Assembly: GCA_040285855.1 (NCBI GenBank) | Contig: JAUFOQ010000010.1 | Location: forward strand, 992,001 to 1,056,000 | Length of the DNA stretch: 64,000 bases | Source of the DNA: Eukaryota sp. GEM-RC1 | Lineage: Eukaryota | Direction: 5' to 3' | Shown here: in pieces, positions 21,859 to 33,117 of the stretch | Layout: each line of letters opens with the position of its first letter | How positions within the stretch are numbered: position 1 is the first letter of the stretch | Notes under the pieces: generated by a model | What the model was told of the DNA's origin: nothing | The model's database searches: none | Seen by the model: only the letters and a program-made list of their open reading frames with translations | Translations under genes and position numbers: made by a program

Positions 21859-24800
21859 ATGATGAGTGTTCCGCTGGAATTAAGCTCTTCCGTAAAGGAA
21901 TTGAGCCCAATAACAGGATCGGGTTTCGACCCTTTTCTACCAGTGCGAGATACGCCACAACGGGATGGTGACTCCAAAGTTAACGCAGTGGTCAAAGCCG
22001 AAGCCAAGTCGAATCAAGGACCTTCCAAGTTACTATCTCTCAAAGTCCTTATAAATAACTCTCCTTTCGAAGCACTGATCGACAGCGCTTGTGAAACCTC
22101 TTGCTTCTCCGAGGACATCGCGAAAAAAGCCGGATGCTCAATTGCCGCCAGCAGATTCAAGTTCACACTAGCAAATGGTACCAACATCCAATCCCCTGGA
22201 ACTGCCAACTGCATACTGAGCTTTGAATTTGACCGTATCCTCTCTCCGTTGGTACACCTGAAATGCCAGATTCCAATTATACCAGGAGTAAACCAATTCC
22301 TAATTGGATGTGACTTGCTGTCAAGCCTCGGCCTACTAAAAGAAAACTCCCTGATGATCAACTTGAACAAGGAACATTCGAAGATCACAGGAGCTGAAGC
22401 CACGCTGGACCACCTAATGGTCGACACACCTAGGAAAGGCCTCGTCGCTTCAACGTCCACAACTTTAGACGTATCAGAAAGTAGAATCGAGCTTCCCAAA
22501 GAAACCGAAGAAAAATTGCTGAAAATTCTAAACAAACACAAAGACGTGTTCGGAAAACCCTATCCTGATGGCATAAAATGTAAGCCAATGACTATCCCGT
22601 TTTACAACGAGGGCACAACCTGCAAGAAAGCCCCCAGAAACCTAAATCCTACTAAATTGGGGATCGCCAACGAGATCTTTGATGACCTCATCGAAGACGG
22701 ATTCGCCGAAGAAACCTCGACTGAGTCCAAATTTAGCTCTCCAATCGTCTTGGTAATCTATCCTGACGGTAAGAAACCCAGATTAACAGGGAGACTACTC
22801 AGGAACTGGAGGCGTGAACGCTTCCACCAAGCCAATTGAAGCCCACCTACCAAAGATATCAGACGTATCTATCTTCCTCTCAAATGCCAACTTCATTTGC
22901 ACACTAGACCTTCCGAAAGCATTTTGGCAAGTCCCACTAGACCGAGCTGATTACCAGAAAACTACACTAAGCATCCCAGGCCGTTCTATATTCTTCAAAA
23001 GAGCCGCCTTCGGACTAAAGAACGTCCCTGCGTTCTTCCAGAACTTGATGCAAGACATCTTCTCCATGCCTAATGTCTTTATTTACATGGACGATGTAAT
23101 CATCGCTGCTTGCACAGAAGAAGAACTGCTTTCCACGTTAGATGCCATACTAACGAAAGCAGTAGAACATAGAGTCCGCTTCGCCCTCCGAAAATGTGCA
23201 TTCCTGACCTCAGAAAGCGCCATAAAGATCCTTGGAGCAATTTTCCACAAAAGAAAAGATCTATAGACCCAGACAGAGTCAAATCCATCATCAAGCTGCC
23301 TATTCCCTCAACGATAGGCGAGCTGCGCTCCTTTAACGGCTCAATTAACTATATCCGAGACTGGATACCTCACCTGTCGAACTGCCTTCAACCTTTAACG
23401 GCCCTAACTAAAAAAGACGAGTCAGATCGCCGATCAGTTAAATCCAAATGGACAAGCTCGCACACGAACTGCTTCCTAACCATCAAGAATCTAATTTGTA
23501 ACGCCTGCAATCTAGCTCTCCCCGACGCAGACGCAAAAATTGTAATCTCAACAGACGCCTCTGATAAAGCTATCAGCGGAGTAGTTTGGAAGAAGCTTGA
23601 CAAGACCCCTACGACCTCTCCGCTAGAAGAACAAAAATTAGAACCAATCAGTTTTTTCTCGAAGACCTTGACGAATAGCCAAATGAACTGGCCAATAATC
23701 CAGAAGGAACTCTTCGCGATAATTTGCACCCTGAACCAGCCCGCCATGGCCAACTTCTTGATGACTCGGCAGCTAACGATTTTCTGCGATCACAAGAACA
23801 TCGTTTACCTGATTAACCAGCCAGAACGAAATCGGATCGTAACCCGCTGGATTCCCCTTCTATCTAACTTCTCCTTCGAAATCATCCACGTCGAAGGTCC
23901 AAACAACGTATTCGCCGACCTCCTTTCACGTCTCACGCCCGCTAACCCCAGTTTAGAATCAGAATTACCTGAAACCTCAACATGCTTTAGCTTACTTTCA
24001 GTAGAACTCTACGACACTGAATACTACTTTGACGAAACCCCAACAAAAACCGAATGCCCCAAGTGTGGAGAACGCATGCCCTACTTAACCATGCCCGTAC
24101 TTCGCATGCAGAAACTGCCTCAACAAACTAGAACCCCATGAAGTCTATAACGATGATGAACGCAGAGCCCTGCTTCACTTGTACCCGAAAGAAGACACGC
24201 CTATCAAAGACTACTGCGGCATATTCCAGCTAGACAAAGCAGGTCCTCGGAAATACATTGAACGCAGAGACGACCATATCAAGGAATTATGCTTCCGCTT
24301 CGTAAAGCACAAAGGTCTCATCAGAAGCCTAGAAAAGAAGAACTCTTCACTAAGGAAACTAGTAGAACCTCCTGCCAAAATCAAAATAATTGAACCAGAA
24401 TCGAAAATTCCATGTGCCCACTGCAATCACGGAACCACCGACTTGGAACTATGTGCCAGCCACCACCAAGTAACAACATATCAAGAACGACTGGTCTGCC
24501 ACAGCTGCAAGAAATATACAACCGATCAGTTGCTGACAGAAGCCAAAGAAAAACTAAAGAAAAGAAAAACTAAAAACTCCCACGAGAAGCTCCTATCTAA
24601 CGATGGTACAGGCCCCCTCGTATGCTATTCATCCACAGATGAATCCCCTTACGATTCAAAAGAATCAGAAGACTCCGACTCTGATACCCCCTTCACCCAG
24701 AAATGCTTCGCACTTCGCTGGTCCGGCCAGCCTCCTAAGAAACCAATCAGAATCATTCCAGAATGGTTCAAAGAAGAACTAGAAAAAACCCGCAAAGAAA

Positions 24801-26290
24801 AGGAAGTCATCGACATAAGCTCCGATGAACATGAAGAAGACCCCTTGCCCTCAATTACCTACTCAGTCAGAACCGTCGAAACTCAAGACACAGCCTGGCT
24901 CGACACCTTGCGCACCCAACAGCAACTAGAACTAAAAGACTCCAGTGACAGATGCTCCTGGGACGCTGTAGCTCAAATGTTTGTCACCCCTGACAACAAA
25001 ATCCTCGTTCCTGAATCTCTAAGGAAAGAGGTAATGTGGAACTTCCACGGATATGCTCACTGTGGTCACCCACCCTACTGGCAATGTCTCAAAGACATCA
25101 AAAACAGCTGCTACTCTTGGCCGACACTAGAAACTGATTTAAAAAATCACATCGACTGTTGCCACTCATGTCAGAAGACGGCCCCAGCCCCCAAGACGAA
25201 AGCCGAATCCACCGGATCCCTGTTTGCTATGAAACCGTTCGGCAATATCCACGCCGACACTATAGGACCCTTACCCACTGACAACCTCGGAAACAGATAC
25301 GTGCTTGTATTCGTAGACGCCTTTACGAGATACACCATCTTATGTCCCTCAGACAAAATCTCCGCAACAAACTCAGCATACTGTCTTATCAACTCAGTAT
25401 GCGCCAACTTCGGCATACCCGACATGATCCACTCAGATAACGGACCCGAGTTTTGTAACGCCACCTTTAAAGCATTATGTGCCTTTCTGAACATAACTAA
25501 CTCCTTCTCGCTCCCTCACCACCATCAAAGTAATGGCCTGGTTGAGCGAAGAAATCGAGAAATCAACCAAACACTGAAGAGATTCCTCCTAGACCTGAAC
25601 GACTTTCAAAACTGGTCGACCCATCTACCTATGGTGCAGTTGATGATCAACAACCAGCGTCACTCTGTAACCCGATGCACCCCATGGGAACTGATGTTTG
25701 GATCCCCAATCGATCCTAGGAAACCTGCTTCAGACCTGCTAGAGAAACTGACCGCCAAGCCACTTAGAGAAACAGGCAACGTGTTTGTCGATGCCCTCGC
25801 TGCCAGAACTTCCTACTTAAAAGAAAAGTGGGAAGAAGCAGCCAAAAACCAGCAAAGCCATCTGGACAAACTTAGACCCAACTCAAAACCGGTCAAGAAC
25901 CCCTTTGTCGTTGGTGACCTCGTACTTCGAAAGAACGACCAACCTCAGCGCCTGCATGGCTCATGGTTAGGCCCTTTTCAAGTGCTGGAAAGCTCTCCCG
26001 ACTCCACGAAAGTTAAAATTCTAAACTTCGTCACAGGCAACGAACTCACAACCTCCAGCTTGCTCCTTCGCCTATTCATGGCCCACTCATCCAACAAGGA
26101 GTACCTGACCGCCATCGCCGCTATGGACCAACAAGAGTCTATACTTGTGAAGGTGCATGACATCGATCACAGATCTAACAGAGCCCATGTAGAATGGATA
26201 GACGGCTCTACATCTATGGAACCTCTCGATGAAATCCGCAAGACCACCGCATGGTCCAAGGCCAAGCATCTCCACGATGATCCCCTTTGA
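21859..26290 (+). CDS. pol: Pol polyprotein (protease, RT, RNase H, Cys-rich insert, integrase, chromodomain-like tail) in four ORF pieces joined by single-base shifts
   Basis: ALIDSAC (protease); LDLPKAFWQ, AFGLKN, YMDD (RT); TDASD, QKELFAI, DHKNI (RNase H); H..H..C..C, HADTIG, SDNGPEF, VERRN (integrase); WLGPF; VEWIDGSTSMEP. Confidence 0.93.
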
Positions 26291-26325
26291 AAACACTCGC
26301 TGCCCTTAAAGCCATGAGAGGCTTC

Positions 26326-26337
26326 AAGGAAGAAGAG
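26326..26337 (+). promoter_or_regulatory. Polypurine tract
   Basis: AAGGAAGAAGAG, 3 nt upstream of the 3' LTR. Confidence 0.75.
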
Positions 26338-26340
26338 CAT

Positions 26341-26461
26341 TGTTAGCACAGCAAGTGTTAACACGTGTTCTAGTAGTGAACTGTAGTATTATTTTACTTA
26401 GATTATTCTCTCCCCTATAAAGGTACCGTCCTTTTCACTTTCAGCCTTAAACAAGGCATCA
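26341..26461 (+). repeat. 3' LTR (121 bp)
   Basis: Identical to the 5' LTR; followed by the GTAA TSD. Confidence 0.97.
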
Positions 26462-26986
26462 GTAACAACTCAATTGGTCCTGAAGGCGCTACTGCAATTG
26501 CTGAAGCTTTGAAGGTGAATTCGTCTGTTTCTTCGATTTATCTATATAACAACTCAATTGGTCCTGAAGGCGCTATTGCAATTGCTGAAGCTTTAAAGGT
26601 GAATTCTTCAGTTTCTCAGATCGATCTACGTAACAACTCAATTGGTCCTGAAGGCGCTATTGCAATTGCTGAAGCTTTAAAGGTGAATTCTTCAGTTTCT
26701 CAGGTCGATCTATATTACAACTCAATTGGTCCTGAAGGCGCTATTGCAATTGCTGAGGCTTTGAAGGTGAATTCTTCAGTTTCTCAGATCGATCTACGTA
26801 ACAACTCAATTGGTAATGAAGGCGCTATTGCAATTGCTGAAGCTTTAAAGGTGAATTCTTTAGTTTCTACGATTTATCTATCTAATAACTCAATTAACAG
26901 TCAAACACAACAGTCATTAAAATCACTGCATAAGAATAGACTTCGTTTCTATAGATATTTTCCTCTGATATAAAGATCACCCCATT

Positions 26987-27852
26987 CAGGGACTGTCAAA
27001 AATATATTGCACTTTTGCAATAATTGCAATATTGAGTATTGTGTATTGCAATACTGTATTGCAGCCTCATTTTGTATTGCAATATATTGCAATAATTTCG
27101 ATTTTGAACAATAATTTTAAACCATTGCTTTTTCTGTTGCTTGAAAGGAATCTGGCAACATAGTACATGTAGTTTTTGGTTTGTGTACAATTGGAAGTCC
27201 TTACTACTACTCACATAATATTAGAGAACAAAAACTATAAAATATGATATTTTGGGTTAGTCTACATTGTACGTGGTAAGCTGGTGTCTTCAAATTAAAG
27301 TATTTTTCTTGTGTAAGAGTCCTTACTACTAGTAGTATCTGTCTAGTTCTGGCTACAGGTGTATATCTGATATCATTCGACACATCATCTTACATGACGC
27401 TTTCCTATAGTGCCACTCGAGAACAGATGAGGAAAGCCCACTTTATTCCTATATCCCAGGACTCAACATGGACTCAACATGGACTCAAATCAATGGAATT
27501 CTTTGATAGTAAATAACGTGAGCAGTGATGATGATGAAGAAATTGCTGAACGGCCCGGACCTGTTTTCTATGTTCAAAATGTCTGTTTCTGATCGAAGAC
27601 TTGCCAATCAACAATTTACTTTAAACACAGAGTTTTGGGACATTAGTTTGGTTCGTAAGATGGTTAATCAGAAACTAGTGAACTTAGATGATGCCTAATG
27701 ATGAGCTTAAGAGTTATTGATGGAATTAATACAATAAATAGTCTACTCAACAATATTTATATTGCTTCCAATTATTGCAATATATTGCACTATTGCAATA
27801 CTGTATTGCAAATCTTTTGACCCCGCAATATATTGCAATATATTTTTGACAG
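26987..27852. mobile_element. Non-autonomous TIR element (MITE-like) inserted in the last spacer
   Basis: Perfect 19-bp inverted repeat CTGTCAAAAATATATTGCA (26993-27011) / TGCAATATATTTTTGACAG (27834-27852); subterminal TATTGCAATA repeats; interrupts spacer CCCATT|ataagt|CACACATG. Confidence 0.88.
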
Positions 27853-30800
27853 CACACATGAACAAATATCAAAGCAGGTTAGCAGTTGATCATACACAGA
27901 TTGGTTTTCAGTTTTACCCGGTAATTAAGATTCGTCATATCGAAAAGTTCATTTGCTATTGTTTTCAACAACACCACGTATTAATTGGTATCTGGAAATG
28001 ATGTAACATTATACTATATGTTTCGAAATATATCGAATCATCGACACAATGTCTCGTTATTAACACGGTTGTTTTTTCTCTCAAAAAACAGCTTAATTGT
28101 CCTTGAGTTGAGTGATGCTTTGATTATTCTCAGTGATATGTAAGATGTACAGGATTCTTTTGTATGTGTTCCATAGATAATTTAGTCATGGTAATTTATT
28201 AAATATTGGTCAAAATTAGGTTGTTCGTTAGATTCTGTTTTAGTGATCTGTAATTTAATTGGAAATCTTGTCACACAATTGTCTTAACATACTCCCAGTA
28301 AAGTCTGCCCAAAGGCTTGTACTAATGGAAGGGTCGACTGTAGCTGGTGTGTTTTAGTTATTATTTTTACAAAAGCAATTACTGTAATTCACTGTATTGA
28401 TCAAAAAACCCCGTTTCTTTACTAATATTACACGTTATTTAAAACGACTGATTTGAAAATCTGACTGTTGAGCATGACTCCTCCCTAAATAAATTCTGTA
28501 ACTACACATGTTTCAAATGTCTTACTATACCGATGTAGACGTCCTCTCAAATTCTGCCACCAGCGACATCGAAGTCCATTAATTTGGTGGAAGAGAATTA
28601 AAAACACATATCCAACACTTACTTGAATCATCTTTGATTATTGTTCAATACAGGCATCATCAGTACCATTGGGAAAGAATCTTTTCCCGTGCTGGGTAAA
28701 TTGTATCCGAAAATAGAGCATCTCTCAAATGTGACACAGTTCAAGTTTTGGTTTTACTCAACTCATGGACAAAACTTGGATTTATCGCTAATGTTGGACA
28801 TTTCCTCGATGATAACAATTGATGTTACTTTTTGACTAATAAATCTTAATAGAATTTTGTTTAAAAGGCCTTCCTTTTAGTAAACACACAAGATTCACTT
28901 CCACTTTACATTGGAAAATGTTTACATGACGTGCTTATCGATTTTCTCTTACTCATGTACTGTCCAAGACCACATACAATACCACTAACATTACTGCAGG
29001 AGCTTCATCACTGAACTCCTGCAATTGATAAAGAAGCCGCTTTACTACGTGTATTTGGTTTCGTGGTGGATTTTTTAGATTTCCAACTGTAGTTGTACTC
29101 TTAACTGTTGTTTTAGGTGTTGACAAGCAACAACGTTTGTTTTAGGAATTGATAAATCTATTAACATTACTGCAGAGACTTGACATAAACAATCAGACCT
29201 CCGAAAGTTTCCTCCAGGATGACGCAGTACATACCAAACAAGCCCATCTTCAAACATTGATGGAAGTTCCTTGGGCTCTACGGAGTCTGGCGGCAACCCT
29301 GGTCCTTTGGAGTCATCCACTGGACCAGAACTGGAAGATCCTCTTGGAATCAAGAAAGTCCTGGAGAAATACGGAGTTCCAGTTTTCTCTTCAGATACCA
29401 CTAGTACTCTGGGAGACAATGTTGTGGGTATAACTACTTCTTCTGTAGTTCAGAGAACATCTTTGTCTTCTCCGGATGATTCCGATTCTTCCTTGTTAGT
29501 CAGTAGTTTATTAAATAAAGATAACGTTGATCCTTCAGTTCCTCTGTCTAGAGAGGTTGATATGAGGCAACTTCAAACAGTCCTGGCTCAGCAAAAGACC
29601 AGGGCAGAAGAAGCAGAACGACAGCTTCTGGAGGAACAAAAGAAAAAAACGTTGAACTTGGCCCCAATCCAACAACTTCTCATCAGTGAAAGAAAATGAC
29701 TAGAAACTTGCTGAAGACGAAGGACTAAAGAATTCTATATACTTTTGTTATTAAAGCCAATGTAAGACTCGAAAAAAGCCTTCTAACTTCTCTACAGCTG
29801 GAACTGCGTTAAAATAACTGAATGCGCATACATGAAGCAAGGTGTCTAATCACAGCTATTGATCTCTCTTGACAAGAGAACGTTACTGATGATTGTTAAA
29901 CGATGCTTACGAACATGGAGCAATAAGTACCCCACCATCACAACTTACCACGTACGTTTCAGTCAAAAAAGTGAGTTAATTGGTCCACGCTGAATGATAA
30001 AAAGATTGAACTACTTTGTGTACCCAACTTCATTTCAGAATCAAGCCAACAGTCTGATAAATATAACTAACCAAAACCAAACTCTGATTCCCTTCCTAGA
30101 CTACTAATGAAAAAACATGTGCTTCCACTTCACGACCAGGACCACCCTCCATGAGCAGCTCTTTCTTAGATCAGCTGTTGTTTTGATCTTTGATTGTTTT
30201 TAAAGGTTGCTCTTACCTTTCACCAACGACTGATCTAATTCGTGGAACTTCTTCTTCGTTCTCTTATACAGACTGTGGTTCTGTTTCTCTGTTTCCTTCT
30301 CTCTTAATTAATTTCCTGAAGCTGCAGCTCTGGATGTTTGGAAAAGCCTGCCATCGCATTAAACCGCTCTTGGAGCATTTCAGATGGCAGCTCAGTACAG
30401 TAACATTATATGTTCGTTCTTTGTTTGTACTTTCAGAAAATTGATTTTGTTGATTTGTTTGCTAGATATTCTAGGTTCACATTTACCCTCGTTTGTCTGT
30501 TTATCCTACTGTTTTTATTCTATGTTTTAGATATGGTTTTTGACCATAAAGACCCTTTGTTTAGTACTAAACTGGTTCGAGTCCATATGCAAATGTTGGA
30601 GTTGAGTCGTTGCCCATAGAGTGCGAGTGACGAGAGTTACTCTCACCACCGATCAAAAATTATTTAACAATGTGTAAATATAATAAAATGATGAAGATTT
30701 TGTGTGATGTAAAATCTATGTTAGTCAAGAAAATTAATGAACCAAAACTCAAAATCAAGAAAATCAAGATTTGGAAAGTAAAAAGCCCAAGATTTGTCCA

Positions 30801-31815
30801 GGATCAATATCATGTTATGATTGAGTAGAGATCAATCTACAACTGTAATAATATAGGAATAACAAAAGAATTCATCAAAATTCAATTCAATTAATCACTT
30901 ATAAGAGAGACAGATTGAACCACTGATTCAAAGAGAGAAGTGAATCAGTTTGAGAGAAAACAACAGTAGTGTACACGCAAATTATTCAGTTTTTAAATTC
31001 TCTTAAAGTGTTCAGTGTACGCTTAACTTCAAGTACATTGTAAGAAAATACAGCAAAAATAGACAGAAACATAGAGCTCATCAACTTAAGTACATACTAC
31101 AATATCACCTAGAACATCAGCTTGAACTCGACCTAGATTCATTAAAGAAACTTCAGGAGTCATGACTCTGAATAGTTTTCTTCTATAAACTTTGTGTCCT
31201 TTAACTGTAGCGTTTGAACTAGAAGATAGCACCACAAGGTTACCACCTTCTACTCTAAAACAGAAGTAACGGGAGTAGAATGAGCATTGAGAGTGACAAT
31301 GCAAGTTCCCTTGTCAGCTGGTCACACTATAACAACACCAGTAACAACACCAGTAACAACAGCTATAGAGTTTTTGGAGTATTTGACGATTCCAGTGTTT
31401 AGTTCATGATCTGCATCTTCTTATCTATCAAAACATTCACATGGACAGAGTGGTTCATCAGCAACTAGAGTGGCTCAACGACATCAGATATAAGAACAGA
31501 GAAGATGGAGGAGTATGGTTGAGATTTAAAGAGAGAAGAAATCTTATCCTAACAGTCACTATGGTCAATAACAATGAATTTTGGACAAGATAGAAAGAGA
31601 TCGGTAATTGCAGTGTACCTGTGACTATAACTGTTGAGAGAACAAAGGAGTGTGTATCAGAAGAAGTGTTGTGTATACTGGACTCCAATTAACAAGAGAA
31701 ACATCACAGAATCATATTAATCGCTTGGTCAAGGGAAATGTATGTTGTTTTGAAGTTGAAGTGGTTGATACTAGAGAAAGACGTCAGATTTCCCACCACC
31801 AAAACTGTCGTCTAG

Positions 31816-33006
31816 ATGTCTCACTCTGTACTTTTCTCCAAGAGTAGTCGTTCTTTGGATGATAGCGTTTCAGTTACTGCCGTTGTAGAGTACAATGGAT
31901 CCTCTTCTAGAATCTCCTCTTCGAATCCTAGGTCTGATCCAGCATCTGCTTCGTGCTCCACCAACGATTCTCCTTCCAATCACTTACACTTCCAACAGTC
32001 ACTGCTCACTTTGATCCACCTTCATTTTCTCCGTCAGTTCTTAGAGTCTTCTCTTGAATGGATTACTACTCAACCTGATCATGATCTTCTTAGTTTGAAG
32101 GAAGAATTTCCCACATTCTTTAAGAAAGTTGGCTATGTAAGCCATAATTTCTTTGAATCTGCTCTACTAGCAACTAAAGTGTTTTTCCAAACAAACACGT
32201 TTAATGTAGTTACTGAAGACCTTCTTCATCTCTGTTCATTTGCTTCTTTCTTTGGAGCAGAGGTGCAGTCTGTTTTCTTACACGTAGACGGGACTTTTAA
32301 AGTTGAAGAATTTCTTAGTTATTCTCCCATAATTTCAGGATTGGAATTGTTCTTAGAAAATCACAATGACTTGGAGTTTCTGAACAAGTCTTCCTTGTTC
32401 TTTCCACATCTTAAGCAACTTGATGTGGGTGTTTACGGTGCTCTTTCTATGTCATTTATTGAATTGTTGAAAGTCAATTCTACTGTTACAAATGTTAATC
32501 TGAAGGGAAACTCTATTGAAGCTGAAGGTGCTAAATCTTTGGCAGAAGCTTTAAAAGTTAATATGGCAGTTACAAGTATTGATCTGAGTTGGAATTTTAT
32601 TGGAGTTGAAGGTGCTAGAGCTGTGGCAGAGATATTGAAAGTTAATACGACAGTTTCAAGTTTTAAGCTTTCTGGAAACTCTATTGGATATGAAGGTGCT
32701 GGAGCTCTGGCAGAGGCGTTAATAGTTAATAGTACAATTACAAGTATTGATCTGTCAGCAAACTCTATTGGAGATGGAGGTGCTGGAGCTCTGGCAGAGG
32801 CGTTAAAAGTTAACACTACAATTACAAATATCGATCTGATGAGAAACTCTATTGGAGATGAAGGTGCTAGAATTTTAGCAGATGTGTTGAAAGTTAACTC
32901 TACAATTTCAAGAGTTAATCTGAATTTCAACCACATTGAAGATGAAGGTGTTAGAGCTTTAGAAGAGGCGTTCAAAGTCAATAGAGTTGTACAAATAGAA
33001 TATTAG
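31816..33006 (+). CDS. RI-like LRR protein with family-specific N-terminal domain
   Basis: ATG-initiated 396 aa; QQSLL..IHLHFL..FFKKVGYVSH.FFESAL domain followed by about six divergent 28-aa LRRs. Confidence 0.85.
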   Translation: MSHSVLFSKSSRSLDDSVSVTAVVEYNGSSSRISSSNPRSDPASASCSTNDSPSNHLHFQQSLLTLIHLHFLRQFLESSLEWITTQPDHDLLSLKEEFPTFFKKVGYVSHNFFESALLATKVFFQTNTFNVVTEDLLHLCSFASFFGAEVQSVFLHVDGTFKVEEFLSYSPIISGLELFLENHNDLEFLNKSSLFFPHLKQLDVGVYGALSMSFIELLKVNSTVTNVNLKGNSIEAEGAKSLAEALKVNMAVTSIDLSWNFIGVEGARAVAEILKVNTTVSSFKLSGNSIGYEGAGALAEALIVNSTITSIDLSANSIGDGGAGALAEALKVNTTITNIDLMRNSIGDEGARILADVLKVNSTISRVNLNFNHIEDEGVRALEEAFKVNRVVQIEY

Positions 33007-33117
33007 ATCAACTTAAACGGAAAGTTATAATCTATCATTGAAACAAAACCCAATATAACTGGTTAACAATACCAAAATACAATATTGAGTACATTTATTC
33101 AGAGTTCTGAAGTCAGT

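Larger units (their letters stand above)
20300..26461 (+). mobile_element. Full-length Ty3/gypsy (chromovirus-like) LTR retrotransposon
   Basis: Identical TG...CA 121-bp LTRs; 4-bp TSD GTAA (20296-20299 and 26462-26465); purine tract before the 3' LTR; domain order gag-PR-RT-RH-IN-chromo-like. Confidence 0.97.
20172..26973 (+). pseudogene. LRR cassette 18 (6 modules), split by the LTR element; normal stop TAA changed to TAT
   Basis: Module breaks at GGTCTAGGTAA (20299) and resumes GTAACAACTCAATT at 26462; cap reads on as RLRFYRYFPLI*. Confidence 0.85.
1..28292 (+). repeat. Tandem array of 18 LRR cassettes (conserved ~550-bp spacer + 3-12 x 84-bp LRR modules + constant C-terminal cap); open at the left window edge
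   Basis: Near-identical spacer (AAAGATATTTTCCTCTGATAT...TACTGGATAT) recurs between all ORFs; unit lengths differ by multiples of 84 bp; spacer homology ends at ~28292 (GTCTTAACATAC). Confidence 0.98.

Noticed and set aside
22814..23266. Adjacent RT as a DGR or retron enzyme serving the array
   Set aside because: It belongs to a complete gypsy element with LTRs and TSD that disrupted a cassette after the array formed.
29149..30150. ORFs 29149-29699 and a possible integrase-like trace near 30100
   Set aside because: Short, low-complexity or coiled-coil, with no convincing motif; cannot assign.
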